This document shows, in pieces, positions 8,696 to 18,226 of a stretch of 64,000 nt of DNA. The position numbers and the translations under genes were made by a program. The notes under the pieces are model-generated. The model worked only from the letters and a program-made list of their open reading frames with translations, was not told the origin of the DNA and made no database searches. The DNA lies in the NCBI GenBank assembly GCA_045863295.1, contig BTWA01000012.1:86633-150632 (forward strand), in the 5' to 3' direction. Source of the stretch: Candidatus Hydrogenedentota bacterium. Lineage in GTDB: Bacteria; Hydrogenedentota; Hydrogenedentia; Hydrogenedentales; SLHB01. Position 1 is the first letter of the stretch, and each line of letters starts with the position of its first letter.

Positions 8696-10405
8696 ATGCA
8701 GAAATTTAGCAAGCCGGTAGTTTTTTGCACCTTGGTACTGTTGGCCCTTGTCAGCAGTGGGTGCCCGTTCCTTACGCCCCCGAATTATCTTCCATCATTC
8801 CTCGTCACTCCTGACCTGCTCGTTTTCGGGAAAGGCGTGAATACGTTGACCTTTACCGTGGCCAAGTCGTGGACTTCCACCACGGTACCGCAGTTCACGG
8901 TCACTCCAAACCAGCCTTGGATATCGGTTACTCCGACTACCGGAACCAGCAGCGGGCCAAGCAATAAGGTTACAATTACAGTTACCTTGAATCGGTCTCT
9001 GTTGGGCGGGGGAGAGAATTCCGGCCAGATTGTCGTTTCAGCGCCCGGTGTCGCTCAGACAGTGGTTGACGTTACCGCGGACTCCGTACTTTCGGCCAAC
9101 TTCGTTGCCGACAAGACTAGCGCGGCGGTGAACGACACTATTCAGTTTACCGACCTGTCCTTGATCACGCCCGAATCTGGACCAATCATCGCGTGGGAAT
9201 GGGATTTCGGTGATGGTAGCCAGAGCACCCAGCGCCACCCTCGCCATGAATATGCTCTGCCCGGCCTGTACTCGGTTGAATTGACTGTTTCCACCGCGAC
9301 TGTGACCAATACTCGCCGTCGAAGCAACTATATTCTGGTCACCGGACAGAAACCGATAGCGTCTTTTACCGCCACGCCTCGCACAATCGATTCCGGTGAT
9401 TCGGTGCAATTTACGGATTTGTCCGTGCCAGGATCTTCGCCCATTATTTCCTGGCTGTGGGATTTCGGCGACGGAGGCAACAGCACGCTCCAGAATCCGT
9501 CACATATCTATAGCGCCTTTGCAATCTATACAACCTACACGCTGTATAATGTGACACTGACAGTGTCCAATATCATTGGCTCGAATTCGAGACTGGAACC
9601 CAACTTCATCCAAGTGAATCACACCACGTCTAAGGCTCAATTTGGAGCAAACCCAACTGAGCCGGCAGACGGAGAGACCGTGTTGTTCCAAGATATGTCG
9701 GAAGTCCCGGAATCGGCAACCACAGTCAAATATCTTTGGGAATTTGGTGACGGTGGGGTCAGCACGCTTCAGAATCCCACTCATACGTATGCTTCAACTG
9801 GGGCCCCTGCTGCCTACGACGTAAAACTTACAGTCGAAGCAGACGGCGTGTCCAGTTCGGTGGTCAAGAGCAGCTTCATCAAGACGGGTCCGGACGCTGC
9901 GAAGTTGGCCCAGCATGTAAACGCGGACGATCCAAGTTACTCGTTCAGTATTGTTGAAACGATATCGGCATCGACCTATACGGCCAGTTTGGTTCAATTC
10001 ACTTCGCAGAAATGGCCAACTCCGGCTGGAAACGAATGGACTCATTGGCTTGTGCTCGTGGAACCAGCCAACCGCACGTTGGACACGGCGTTGCTGTATA
10101 TTGGCGAGGCCGAAGGCGAGCCTGACGTGGAAAAGCAATACGTAGATGCCGCCATTGCGGCCCAGACTCCTGTGGCGGTGGTATACCAAGTACCCAATGA
10201 GCCGAACGACGGCTCGGAAGATCTGGTATACCCGATGGTCAAGAGTATCGTTGCGGCCATGGATACCGTTGACACCCTTGTGGCCTCTGATCCGGTGGAC
10301 GGTTACATCATCAGCGGCAATGACTTACCGCTCTGGACCACCAGTCTCATCGGCGATTATGGGGACGCCCGAGTCAAAGGGGTCGAGGAGAATGTCGCAC
10401 CCTGA
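8696..10405 (+). CDS. Lipoprotein with BACON-like domain, three PKD domains and a degenerate C-terminal PqaA-like domain
   Basis: Lipobox 'LVSSGC'; 'QPWISVTPTTG' (BACON-like); three PKD motifs (WEWDFGDG, WLWDFGDG, YLWEFGDG); C-terminal 'FTSQKW..WTHWL..QVPNEP..YPMVKS..AMDTV'. Confidence 0.8.
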   Translation: MQKFSKPVVFCTLVLLALVSSGCPFLTPPNYLPSFLVTPDLLVFGKGVNTLTFTVAKSWTSTTVPQFTVTPNQPWISVTPTTGTSSGPSNKVTITVTLNRSLLGGGENSGQIVVSAPGVAQTVVDVTADSVLSANFVADKTSAAVNDTIQFTDLSLITPESGPIIAWEWDFGDGSQSTQRHPRHEYALPGLYSVELTVSTATVTNTRRRSNYILVTGQKPIASFTATPRTIDSGDSVQFTDLSVPGSSPIISWLWDFGDGGNSTLQNPSHIYSAFAIYTTYTLYNVTLTVSNIIGSNSRLEPNFIQVNHTTSKAQFGANPTEPADGETVLFQDMSEVPESATTVKYLWEFGDGGVSTLQNPTHTYASTGAPAAYDVKLTVEADGVSSSVVKSSFIKTGPDAAKLAQHVNADDPSYSFSIVETISASTYTASLVQFTSQKWPTPAGNEWTHWLVLVEPANRTLDTALLYIGEAEGEPDVEKQYVDAAIAAQTPVAVVYQVPNEPNDGSEDLVYPMVKSIVAAMDTVDTLVASDPVDGYIISGNDLPLWTTSLIGDYGDARVKGVEENVAP

Positions 10406-10550
10406 CGCGACCGAGAATTGAATTTGACGGGGGCAGGTGATCAATGAACCTGCCCCCGTTGTTTTTGCGATTGGTGTGGGAATCCCCGGTTGCAACGTGA
10501 ACTGCCCTCGTGGAATACTCCCCCTATCTGGTGACTTGTCCATCACGGAA

Positions 10551-12995
10551 ATGGAATCTGCCGTGAGATACCTTTTGATAGCAGCCTGTGGCTTCCTCAT
10601 AGTCACTGCGTCGTATGCAAAGCCTCCTGAATCGGTAAGCTACAACGCTCACATTAAGCCCATATTAGCAAACAAGTGCTTCGCCTGCCATGGGCCCGAC
10701 GCCAAGGCAAGGAAAGCAACACTTCGTCTGGATACCCAAGAGGGATCAAGATCCGCCCTACCTTCAGGGCTTAAGGCAATCGTGCCCGGCCGCCCGGAGG
10801 AATCGGAGATGCTGCGGCGCATCATGCACGCTAACCCCGAAATTAAAATGCCTCCCGCCGAATTTGACAAGCCGGTTACGGAACAGGAGAAGGCGTTACT
10901 TTCCGAGTGGATTCGATTAGGTGGGGAATACGAGCAGCATTGGGCATTCATCCCTCCGTTAAGGCATGTACCACCGGGGCTGGAAAATGGGAATCCAGTC
11001 GACGCCTTTGTCCGCTCCAAGCTCGCGATAGAGGGAATTGGGCCTTCTCCTGAAGCCGACAGATCCGTGTTACTTCGAAGGGTCTACCTGGATATCGTCG
11101 GCTTGCCGCCACCCGAGGAAAAGTTGAATCAATACTTGGCTGACCAGGACCCGGGCGCGTACGAGCGGATCGTCGACGAGTTGCTTGCGTCACCCCATTT
11201 TGGCGAACGTTGGGGGCGCCATTGGCTTGATGCCGCGCGATACGCCGATTCCAATGGATACAGCATCGACGGACCCCGCACAATTTGGCCCTATCGCGAC
11301 TGGGTCATTAACGCAATTAATTCGAATATGCCGTTCGACCAGTTTGTTACGGAACAACTTGCTGGCGACTTGCTGGAGGATGCCACCCGGGAAAACCGCA
11401 TTGCCACAGGGTTCAACCGCAATACCATGATTAATCAGGAAGGCGGAGTGGACAAGGAAGAATTCCGCATTGAGGCGGTATTCGACCGGGTAAACACGGC
11501 CGGCACGGTCTTTCTTGGTCTGACCATGGCCTGCGCGAGGTGTCACGATCACAAATATGATCCCATTTCGCAGCGCGAGTACTTCGAGTTATTCGCGTTC
11601 TTCAACAGCGACGACGAAGTTGACTTGCCGCTTCCAACGACGCAACAAGCCGCAATAAAGGAGAAAATTGATGCGCGGGTTGCGGAGGCCAACGATACCC
11701 TCAGTTCCTATCTCGCCGAAGCAGACAAGGCGGCCTTGCCAACTTGGGAAGAGTCCCTGACACTCAAGGAAATACGCACGTTCAGTCCCCAATTGCAAGA
11801 GGCGCTCTACACCCAGCCTACGGGGCGTACTCCTGACCAGGTGACACTTGTACGCGACCAGTTTAAAAAAACCGATCCCGGTGCTCAGGCGATTGTCTCG
11901 GAAATCGAGAAGATCCGGGCAGAAACCCCTGACATTATTACCACCCTTGCATTGACAAATCGTAAAGATATTCGCCCTACGCATCTCTTCGTACAAGGCG
12001 ACTTCACACGAAAGGCGGAGGAAGTCTTCTCCAGCGTGCCCGATGTGTTCGGAGATGACAAGACCAACCGCAAAAACCGCCTGGATTTGGCTCAATGGCT
12101 GGTCGATCGCAATAATCCGTTGACGGCGCGGGTTACCGTGAACCGGTATTGGCAGGCGCTTTTTGGCAAGGGCCTTGTCGAAACTGAAAATGATTTCGGC
12201 ACGCAGGGATCTCCCCCAACACACCCCGAGCTCCTGGACTGGCTTGCCGTGGAGTTTATGGAGGGCGGTTGGGATGTCAAGGCACTAGTGCGATTAATTT
12301 GCACGTCGCAAACGTATCGGCAATCGTCGAATGCACGCCCGGACCTGGCGGAGAAGGATCCCACAAACAGGCTTCTTGCCCGGCAGAATCGGTTGCGCTT
12401 GGAGGCCGAGATCGTTCGCGACATAGCGTTGGCCTCGTCGGGCCTGATGCACGACAAAGTAGGCGGTCCCAGTGTATTTCCACCCCAGCCCGATGGCGTC
12501 ATGGATTTAGGACAGGTTAAGCGTGAATGGACTCCGAGCGGTGGACCAGATCGGTACCGTCGTGGCATGTATACGCATTTCTGGCGTGCCACTCCCCATC
12601 CCGGGTTGATGGTCTTCGATGCGCCGGACGCGCAATTCGCGTGCACAAGGCGTGTGCGCTCGAATACTCCGCTACAGGCGTTGACCTTGCTCAACGACGA
12701 AGCGCATTTTGAGTGTGCTCGCGCCTTGGCCCGGCAAACCTTTTTTTGGGAAGGCGCCTCCGACACCGATCGTATACGGCGGATGACCAGGATTTGCTTG
12801 GGCAGGGAGCCGAACGCCGTCGAGACCGAGTTGATGCTCACCCTACTGGAGCGCCAAAGAAATCGCTACTCAAATGCGCCCGATCAAGCCCGGGCGGTTT
12901 TTGCCACCGATGCGGCCATCGCAGCGGAAGGCGCCGCTTGGACCATGGTGGCCCGCACCATCTTAAACTTGGACGAGTTCATTACACGGGAATAG
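10551..12995 (+). CDS. PSCyt1-DUF1549(PSCyt2)-DUF1553(PSD1) planctomycete-type cytochrome c domain protein
   Basis: Signal peptide; CxxCH motifs CFACH and CARCH; 'HWAFIPP', 'GERWGRHWLDAARYADS', 'RVTVNRYW', 'PPTHPELLDWLA', 'NTPLQALTLLN', 'NLDEFITRE'. Start ATG 10551 (or GTG 10563). Confidence 0.9.
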   Translation: MESAVRYLLIAACGFLIVTASYAKPPESVSYNAHIKPILANKCFACHGPDAKARKATLRLDTQEGSRSALPSGLKAIVPGRPEESEMLRRIMHANPEIKMPPAEFDKPVTEQEKALLSEWIRLGGEYEQHWAFIPPLRHVPPGLENGNPVDAFVRSKLAIEGIGPSPEADRSVLLRRVYLDIVGLPPPEEKLNQYLADQDPGAYERIVDELLASPHFGERWGRHWLDAARYADSNGYSIDGPRTIWPYRDWVINAINSNMPFDQFVTEQLAGDLLEDATRENRIATGFNRNTMINQEGGVDKEEFRIEAVFDRVNTAGTVFLGLTMACARCHDHKYDPISQREYFELFAFFNSDDEVDLPLPTTQQAAIKEKIDARVAEANDTLSSYLAEADKAALPTWEESLTLKEIRTFSPQLQEALYTQPTGRTPDQVTLVRDQFKKTDPGAQAIVSEIEKIRAETPDIITTLALTNRKDIRPTHLFVQGDFTRKAEEVFSSVPDVFGDDKTNRKNRLDLAQWLVDRNNPLTARVTVNRYWQALFGKGLVETENDFGTQGSPPTHPELLDWLAVEFMEGGWDVKALVRLICTSQTYRQSSNARPDLAEKDPTNRLLARQNRLRLEAEIVRDIALASSGLMHDKVGGPSVFPPQPDGVMDLGQVKREWTPSGGPDRYRRGMYTHFWRATPHPGLMVFDAPDAQFACTRRVRSNTPLQALTLLNDEAHFECARALARQTFFWEGASDTDRIRRMTRICLGREPNAVETELMLTLLERQRNRYSNAPDQARAVFATDAAIAAEGAAWTMVARTILNLDEFITRE

Positions 12996-13000
12996 TCTGC

Positions 13001-14434
13001 ATGCACGTCGATCAGGCCAAAATGTTACACCAGATTACTCGCCGCCATTTTTTCCGGGATTGCGGCGTGGGTCTGGGTTCCATCGCATTGGCCAATATCG
13101 TGGGATCTCCAAAGTCCGGCGCGGCACCGTTTCTAGCCAACCTGCACCATGCGCCAAGGGCAAAGAACGTCATTTTTCTGTTCATGGCCGGTGGGCCAAG
13201 CCAACTGGAACTGTTTGATTATAAGCCGGTATTGCAGAAGTACAACGGACAGCCCATTCCTGCTTCCTATATGGAAGGCAAACGCTTTGCCTTTATGGAT
13301 ACGTTCGCAAAAGAAACCCCCAAACTACTGGGCACCCGGCGTCAATTCAAACAACATGGTCAATGCGGTGCGTGGGTATCGGAGTGTCTGCCTCATACAG
13401 CCTCCATCGTAGATGAAATTGCCTTCATAAAGACCATTGCTACTGACCAGCCGAATCACGCGCCGGCGAAGATTTTCATGAATACCGGTTCCGCGCAATT
13501 TGGCAGGCCCAGCATGGGTGCCTGGATCGATTATGGTATCGGAAGCGAATCGAGCAGTCTGCCCGGCTTCATCGTGCTTCAATCCGGTCCACGTGGGCCT
13601 CGCGGTGGAGCGCCGCTTTGGGGAAGCGGCTTTTTACCCAGCGCGCATCAGGGAGTTCCCCTCCGGTCGACAGACGATCCCATTCTAAACCTTAGCAACC
13701 CCGACGGCGTGAGCGAAGGCGCGCAACGCGATGTTGTGGACACCGTAAACGCCTTGAATCGAGAACATTTGGAGGTGACAGGCGATTCCGAGATCGCGGC
13801 GCGAATTTCCTCCTACGAAATGGCGTTCCGGATGCAGACCAGCGGGCCGGAATTGCTCGACTTTTCTGGTGAATCCGATGTGATAATGAATGCCTACGGG
13901 GCTAAGCGAGGCGAGCCTTCATTTGCCTATAATTGCATTCTCGCCCGGCGGCTTGTGGAGCGAGGCGTACGGTTCGTACAGCTTTATCACACCAATTGGG
14001 ATCACCACGGAAGCAAGACCGAAAATCTGACGACTCACTTGGATGAAGTCTGCCACGACGTGGACCAGGCAAGTGCGGCGCTGGTGATGGACTTAAAGCA
14101 ACGCGGTCTGCTTGAAGATACGCTGGTCATTTGGGGTGGCGAGTTTGGCAGGACGCCGATGGGCGAAGTCCGCGACACAATTGGTCGCAATCATCATATA
14201 CAGTGTTCCACTATGTGGATGGCGGGCGGAGGTGTAAAATCCGGTTTCACACTCGGCGAAACCGATGAACTTGGATTCAACCCCGCAGTCGATCCCGTTC
14301 ACGTGCATGATATCCACGCAACGATTCTCCATATCCTGGGAGTCGATCACCTCAAATTGACCTACCGGTTTCAAGGCCGGGAGTTCAGACTGACCGATGT
14401 GGCCGGAAACGTCTTGCATCCGCTTATCGCCTGA
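13001..14434 (+). CDS. DUF1501 domain protein with Tat-like signal
   Basis: 'TRRHFFRDCG' twin-arginine motif; 'AKNVIFLFMAGGPSQLELFDYKP', 'ARRLVERGVRFVQ', 'WDHH', 'GEFGRTP'. Starts 5 bp after the DUF1553 stop. Confidence 0.9.
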   Translation: MHVDQAKMLHQITRRHFFRDCGVGLGSIALANIVGSPKSGAAPFLANLHHAPRAKNVIFLFMAGGPSQLELFDYKPVLQKYNGQPIPASYMEGKRFAFMDTFAKETPKLLGTRRQFKQHGQCGAWVSECLPHTASIVDEIAFIKTIATDQPNHAPAKIFMNTGSAQFGRPSMGAWIDYGIGSESSSLPGFIVLQSGPRGPRGGAPLWGSGFLPSAHQGVPLRSTDDPILNLSNPDGVSEGAQRDVVDTVNALNREHLEVTGDSEIAARISSYEMAFRMQTSGPELLDFSGESDVIMNAYGAKRGEPSFAYNCILARRLVERGVRFVQLYHTNWDHHGSKTENLTTHLDEVCHDVDQASAALVMDLKQRGLLEDTLVIWGGEFGRTPMGEVRDTIGRNHHIQCSTMWMAGGGVKSGFTLGETDELGFNPAVDPVHVHDIHATILHILGVDHLKLTYRFQGREFRLTDVAGNVLHPLIA

Positions 14435-14437
14435 GGC

Positions 14438-16057
14438 CTACCGGTTTCGTTGCCACGCAATCGTCAATGGAAGCGCGGCAAAAGGCGCCAGCGGCACCAT
14501 GAACCAAAATGCCACCAACCACGAGTTCTCCAACGGAATGTAACCTCGGAAATATAATGCGCATGAGGCCAGCACCAGTGCGGCTAACAGGGCAGCACCG
14601 GCTTTCGCCGCAGTCAGAATTCCTCGCCACAAGGCAACCCCATACGACCCAACTAAACCAACAAACGCGACCGCGGTGAGTGCAATCGCAAACGTCGAAA
14701 TCACGGGAGACGACGTGTCGCCGCCCTGTACATCGTATAACTGGCCAACACGATAATAATGAACAGCGGCCGCAAAGCCCGCCAACCAAATCGCCACACC
14801 GGCCACGCGACCGAGCCAGAATATGCTCCAAACCGCAAGCAGCACCGTAAACGCATAAAATCCAAGCATCAGCAGTCCGTCGGCGTATGAACCCTCCGTG
14901 ACGGTCGTTTCGCGAAGGTCTGACACGACCGTGGGATGCAACGGGCTGTCCGGAAAGAGAATCCAGTGCCCAAGAACATACGTGACAATCAACATCGCGT
15001 ATCCGATGGCCAGTGCTTTTACACTGGCGGCAATACGAGCCGCCCCGATGGACCTGTTGGCAATCGGTTTCGCACCCACAAACCAGTCGTACATCGCGTC
15101 TTGCCTTGTCAGCAAGTATCCCATGAGACAGGCTACCGCTCCCGGTGCAAGTCCCAGCATGATTAGAAGAAATTGAAACCGAAGATGCATGCCCGTTAGC
15201 GATGAATTCATGGCCACGGAGAGAATCAGACCCGCCGCCACGGAAACCCACGGATAAAGATAAGTGCCTCTGCGCCATTCGTACCAGCGTTGGGCCGCCT
15301 CCTTCGAGGCAAAATCATGCTCCGGCCGTTCGAACCGCGCGATGGTGCCTGCCGTGCGCATCCAGAATCCCACGCGATCCTCCGGCACCTCGTTGCGTGC
15401 CCTCCGAGCAGCCATGACAGCAGTGGCCCACCAGACGCCAACCAGACTGCAACCCGCCATGGAAATCGAAGTGACCGGCAGAACAAACAACTCCGGTTCG
15501 CGCCGGATAGACAACGTCGATCCCGCCGCACCAAATACAATGGCGGCGAGGGGAGACGTTAGTAGAGCTATACCCAAGCCAATGACAATACCGGTACCTC
15601 CACCGAAGGCCATCGCGAGAAAGACCACCGCCTGAAGCATCGTTACCCAGATCGCCGCGGCAAAAAGCTGCGGCCAAAACACAAACTCCGGATAAATGAG
15701 ATACCGGCACATCAGGCCCGACGCCAACGTGAGCATCAGCAGCGCCGCCAGCTTATATCCCATTTGAGTTGATACCAGCACCCACGTCCGAACCGGATGG
15801 ATAAACATCCGGCGCGGATAATCGAACCGGATCACGTTCCGGTTCTCGTTTAGAAACAGAATGGCCGTCGCTCCCAGAAGCGGCAGATACGCAACGGAAA
15901 AAGTAAGGGAATCGCTGCGCGCAAATATGCGCATGGTCAGATCGAGCACAAAGTAAAGCATCAAGCCATACACAGCCATGATCGCCGCTATGACTGCCAA
16001 TCCGCTTATCGTGTTGCGGCACTGTTCCCACAGAATGGTATGAATCTTGCCCAACAT
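14438..16057 (-). CDS. Polytopic membrane protein, probable ABC exporter permease
   Basis: 539 aa with many TM segments; starts 3 bp after the ABC ATPase gene on the same strand. Confidence 0.65.
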   Translation of the reverse strand: MLGKIHTILWEQCRNTISGLAVIAAIMAVYGLMLYFVLDLTMRIFARSDSLTFSVAYLPLLGATAILFLNENRNVIRFDYPRRMFIHPVRTWVLVSTQMGYKLAALLMLTLASGLMCRYLIYPEFVFWPQLFAAAIWVTMLQAVVFLAMAFGGGTGIVIGLGIALLTSPLAAIVFGAAGSTLSIRREPELFVLPVTSISMAGCSLVGVWWATAVMAARRARNEVPEDRVGFWMRTAGTIARFERPEHDFASKEAAQRWYEWRRGTYLYPWVSVAAGLILSVAMNSSLTGMHLRFQFLLIMLGLAPGAVACLMGYLLTRQDAMYDWFVGAKPIANRSIGAARIAASVKALAIGYAMLIVTYVLGHWILFPDSPLHPTVVSDLRETTVTEGSYADGLLMLGFYAFTVLLAVWSIFWLGRVAGVAIWLAGFAAAVHYYRVGQLYDVQGGDTSSPVISTFAIALTAVAFVGLVGSYGVALWRGILTAAKAGAALLAALVLASCALYFRGYIPLENSWLVAFWFMVPLAPFAALPLTIAWQRNR

Positions 16058-16060
16058 GGC

Positions 16061-16951
16061 TCACACCGCCTTGGCGCGCGCTTGCGCCGCGCTGTGAGCT
16101 ATGAAGATCTCATCCAACGATGGCGGCGAAAACTCGACCCCATTCAATCCCGCCTGCGCCGCGGCCGCGCGAAGCGCATCCGGTTCGCCGTAACAGACCG
16201 CTTGCCACTGAGAGTCCTTCTGCTCCCACAACAGCACGCCATCGAACATCGGCGGCTGTGTCGCAGCCCGCACCACGACGCGCGCGTGTTTGCCCATCAC
16301 GTCCTTCTTGGGACTATCGAGGACAATACGGCCCGTGTGCACCATCACAACCCGATCGGAGGCCAACTCAACCTCGTCCAGCAAGTGGGAAGAAAAAAGG
16401 ACCGTGCGTCCCTCATCGGCCACGGTCCTGAACACCGCCGCCAATATGTCCCGCCGCACGATTGGGTCGAGTCCCCCCGAGGGCTCATCCAATACCAGTA
16501 GTTCGGGCCGGTGCGCCAAGGCACAAAGCAGCCCTGCTTTGGCTGTTTGCCCAAGAGAGAGCGTCTTAAGTTTCGCCGTTGGATCGAGTTGAAACAGCTC
16601 CCGCAACTCCTCCGCATACCTCGCGTCCCACCGGGGATAGAATCCCTTCGTATACCGCATGAGCTCGCTCACCCGCATCCATCCCGGCATATCCCGGTTT
16701 TCGGAAAGATAACCGATGCGCCCAAGCACCTCTTCCGGATGCCTCGTGGGATCCAATCCAAATACGCGCACGGTACCCTCTTGCGCGCGCAACAGCCCGA
16801 GCACATGTTTGATCAGCGTCGTCTTGCCCGCGCCGTTCTCACCCACAAGACCGATGACTCCCCCGCCAGGAATCGATAAACTGACACCGTCCAGCGCGAC
16901 GGTCCGGCGGTACCGGCGGCGCACATTCTCGATTTGAATCAGATCAGGCAT
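16061..16951 (-). CDS. ABC transporter ATP-binding protein (ABC-2/DrrA-like)
   Basis: Walker A GENGAGKTT, signature LSLGQ, Walker B LLVLDEP, H-loop SSH. Confidence 0.93.
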   Translation of the reverse strand: MPDLIQIENVRRRYRRTVALDGVSLSIPGGGVIGLVGENGAGKTTLIKHVLGLLRAQEGTVRVFGLDPTRHPEEVLGRIGYLSENRDMPGWMRVSELMRYTKGFYPRWDARYAEELRELFQLDPTAKLKTLSLGQTAKAGLLCALAHRPELLVLDEPSGGLDPIVRRDILAAVFRTVADEGRTVLFSSHLLDEVELASDRVVMVHTGRIVLDSPKKDVMGKHARVVVRAATQPPMFDGVLLWEQKDSQWQAVCYGEPDALRAAAAQAGLNGVEFSPPSLDEIFIAHSAAQARAKAV

Positions 16952-17144
16952 TTAGTACCCCCTACATGCATGGCCCGGCGACAAAGGCACAAGTATTCCG
17001 CCCTATCGCTCGCGATTCAAGAGCAATGATGCCCCCCGGCCCCAACCATCCGCCCATTGCGAATTGAACCCGGCTTTGGCGTAGAATTCCTTGGAAATCA
17101 CGCAACCGAATCCGCTCCAATCCAACAACGGAAACACCCCGGCC

Positions 17145-18164
17145 ATGAAAGAGATCGTAGACCTGCGCAGCGATACCATCACCCGGCCCACCCCCGGTAT
17201 GCGCGAAGCCATGGCTAAAGCGGAAGTGGGGGACGACGTCTTCGGCGAGGACCCCACCGTCAATACCCTGCAACAACGCTGCGCCCAGTTGCTGGGCAAG
17301 GAAGCCGCGCTGTTCGTGCCCTCCGGCACCATGGCCAATCTACTGGCAGCCTGTTCCCAGACCACCCCAGGAGACACCGTCATCCTTTCGCGCGACGCCC
17401 ACATGTTCCACTACGAGTCCGGCGGCGTCGCCCGCATCGGCGGGCTCATGACCAAACTAATTGACTCGCCCATTCTCGATCCCGATGCCGTCACGGACGC
17501 GATCAACCTCTCCGATGACGACCACTTCTCGCACACCACCCTCATCGAAATCGAGAACACAATGAACCGAGGGGGAGGCGCAGTCTATCCGCTCAAGACC
17601 GTGCAGGCGTTGGGCGCCATCGCCCGCGAAAACGGGATCCGCCTTCATTGCGACGGCGCCCGGCTGTTCAACGCAGTCATTGCGGAAGGCGTCAGCCCGG
17701 TCGAATACGCCGCGCCCTGTGACACCGTCAGTTTCTGTTTTTCAAAAGGCCTCGGGTGCCCCGTCGGGTCCATCCTCGCCGGCTCGCGCGAGACCATCGT
17801 GAAGGCTCACCGCTACAGGAAAATGGCGGGAGGGGGCATGCGCCAGGCGGGCGTCCTCGCCGCGGCGGCCCTATACGCGCTCGACCATCACATCGACCGC
17901 CTTGCGGACGACCATCGCCGGGCAAAACAAATTCGAGAAGCCATGGCCGCAATTCCCGGCGTCTCATTCCCCCTCGACAGCCCCACCAACATGGTCTTTT
18001 TCGACGTACCCGCCGCCCCGCGCATCGTGACAAGAGCCGCCGAACAGGGGGTCCTCGCGTTCGACGTGAGCCCAACCCGCATCCGTGCCGTCTTTCATTT
18101 AGATGTGGATGATTGTGATATGAATTGTGCCATCGAAGCCTTTCGGCGGGCCGTTAACTGTTGA
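17145..18164 (+). CDS. ltaE: Low-specificity L-threonine aldolase
   Basis: 'DLRSDT', 'VGDDVFGEDPTV', 'SGTMANL', 'HCDGARLFNA', PLP lysine in 'CFSKGLGCPVGS', 'GGGMRQAG'. Confidence 0.93.
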   Translation: MKEIVDLRSDTITRPTPGMREAMAKAEVGDDVFGEDPTVNTLQQRCAQLLGKEAALFVPSGTMANLLAACSQTTPGDTVILSRDAHMFHYESGGVARIGGLMTKLIDSPILDPDAVTDAINLSDDDHFSHTTLIEIENTMNRGGGAVYPLKTVQALGAIARENGIRLHCDGARLFNAVIAEGVSPVEYAAPCDTVSFCFSKGLGCPVGSILAGSRETIVKAHRYRKMAGGGMRQAGVLAAAALYALDHHIDRLADDHRRAKQIREAMAAIPGVSFPLDSPTNMVFFDVPAAPRIVTRAAEQGVLAFDVSPTRIRAVFHLDVDDCDMNCAIEAFRRAVNC

Positions 18165-18171
18165 ATGAAGT

Positions 18172-18204
18172 AAAAAGCCCCGTTGCAAATGGTTCGGCGG
18201 GGCT
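18172..18204 (-). terminator. Intrinsic terminator between convergent ltaE and nucleoside permease
   Basis: Stem AGCCCCG...CGGGGCT (18176-18204) with an A-run at 18172-18176 that gives a U-tract on the minus strand. Confidence 0.65.
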
Positions 18205-18226
18205 GTAGGTTTGCCATTCAGTTTTA

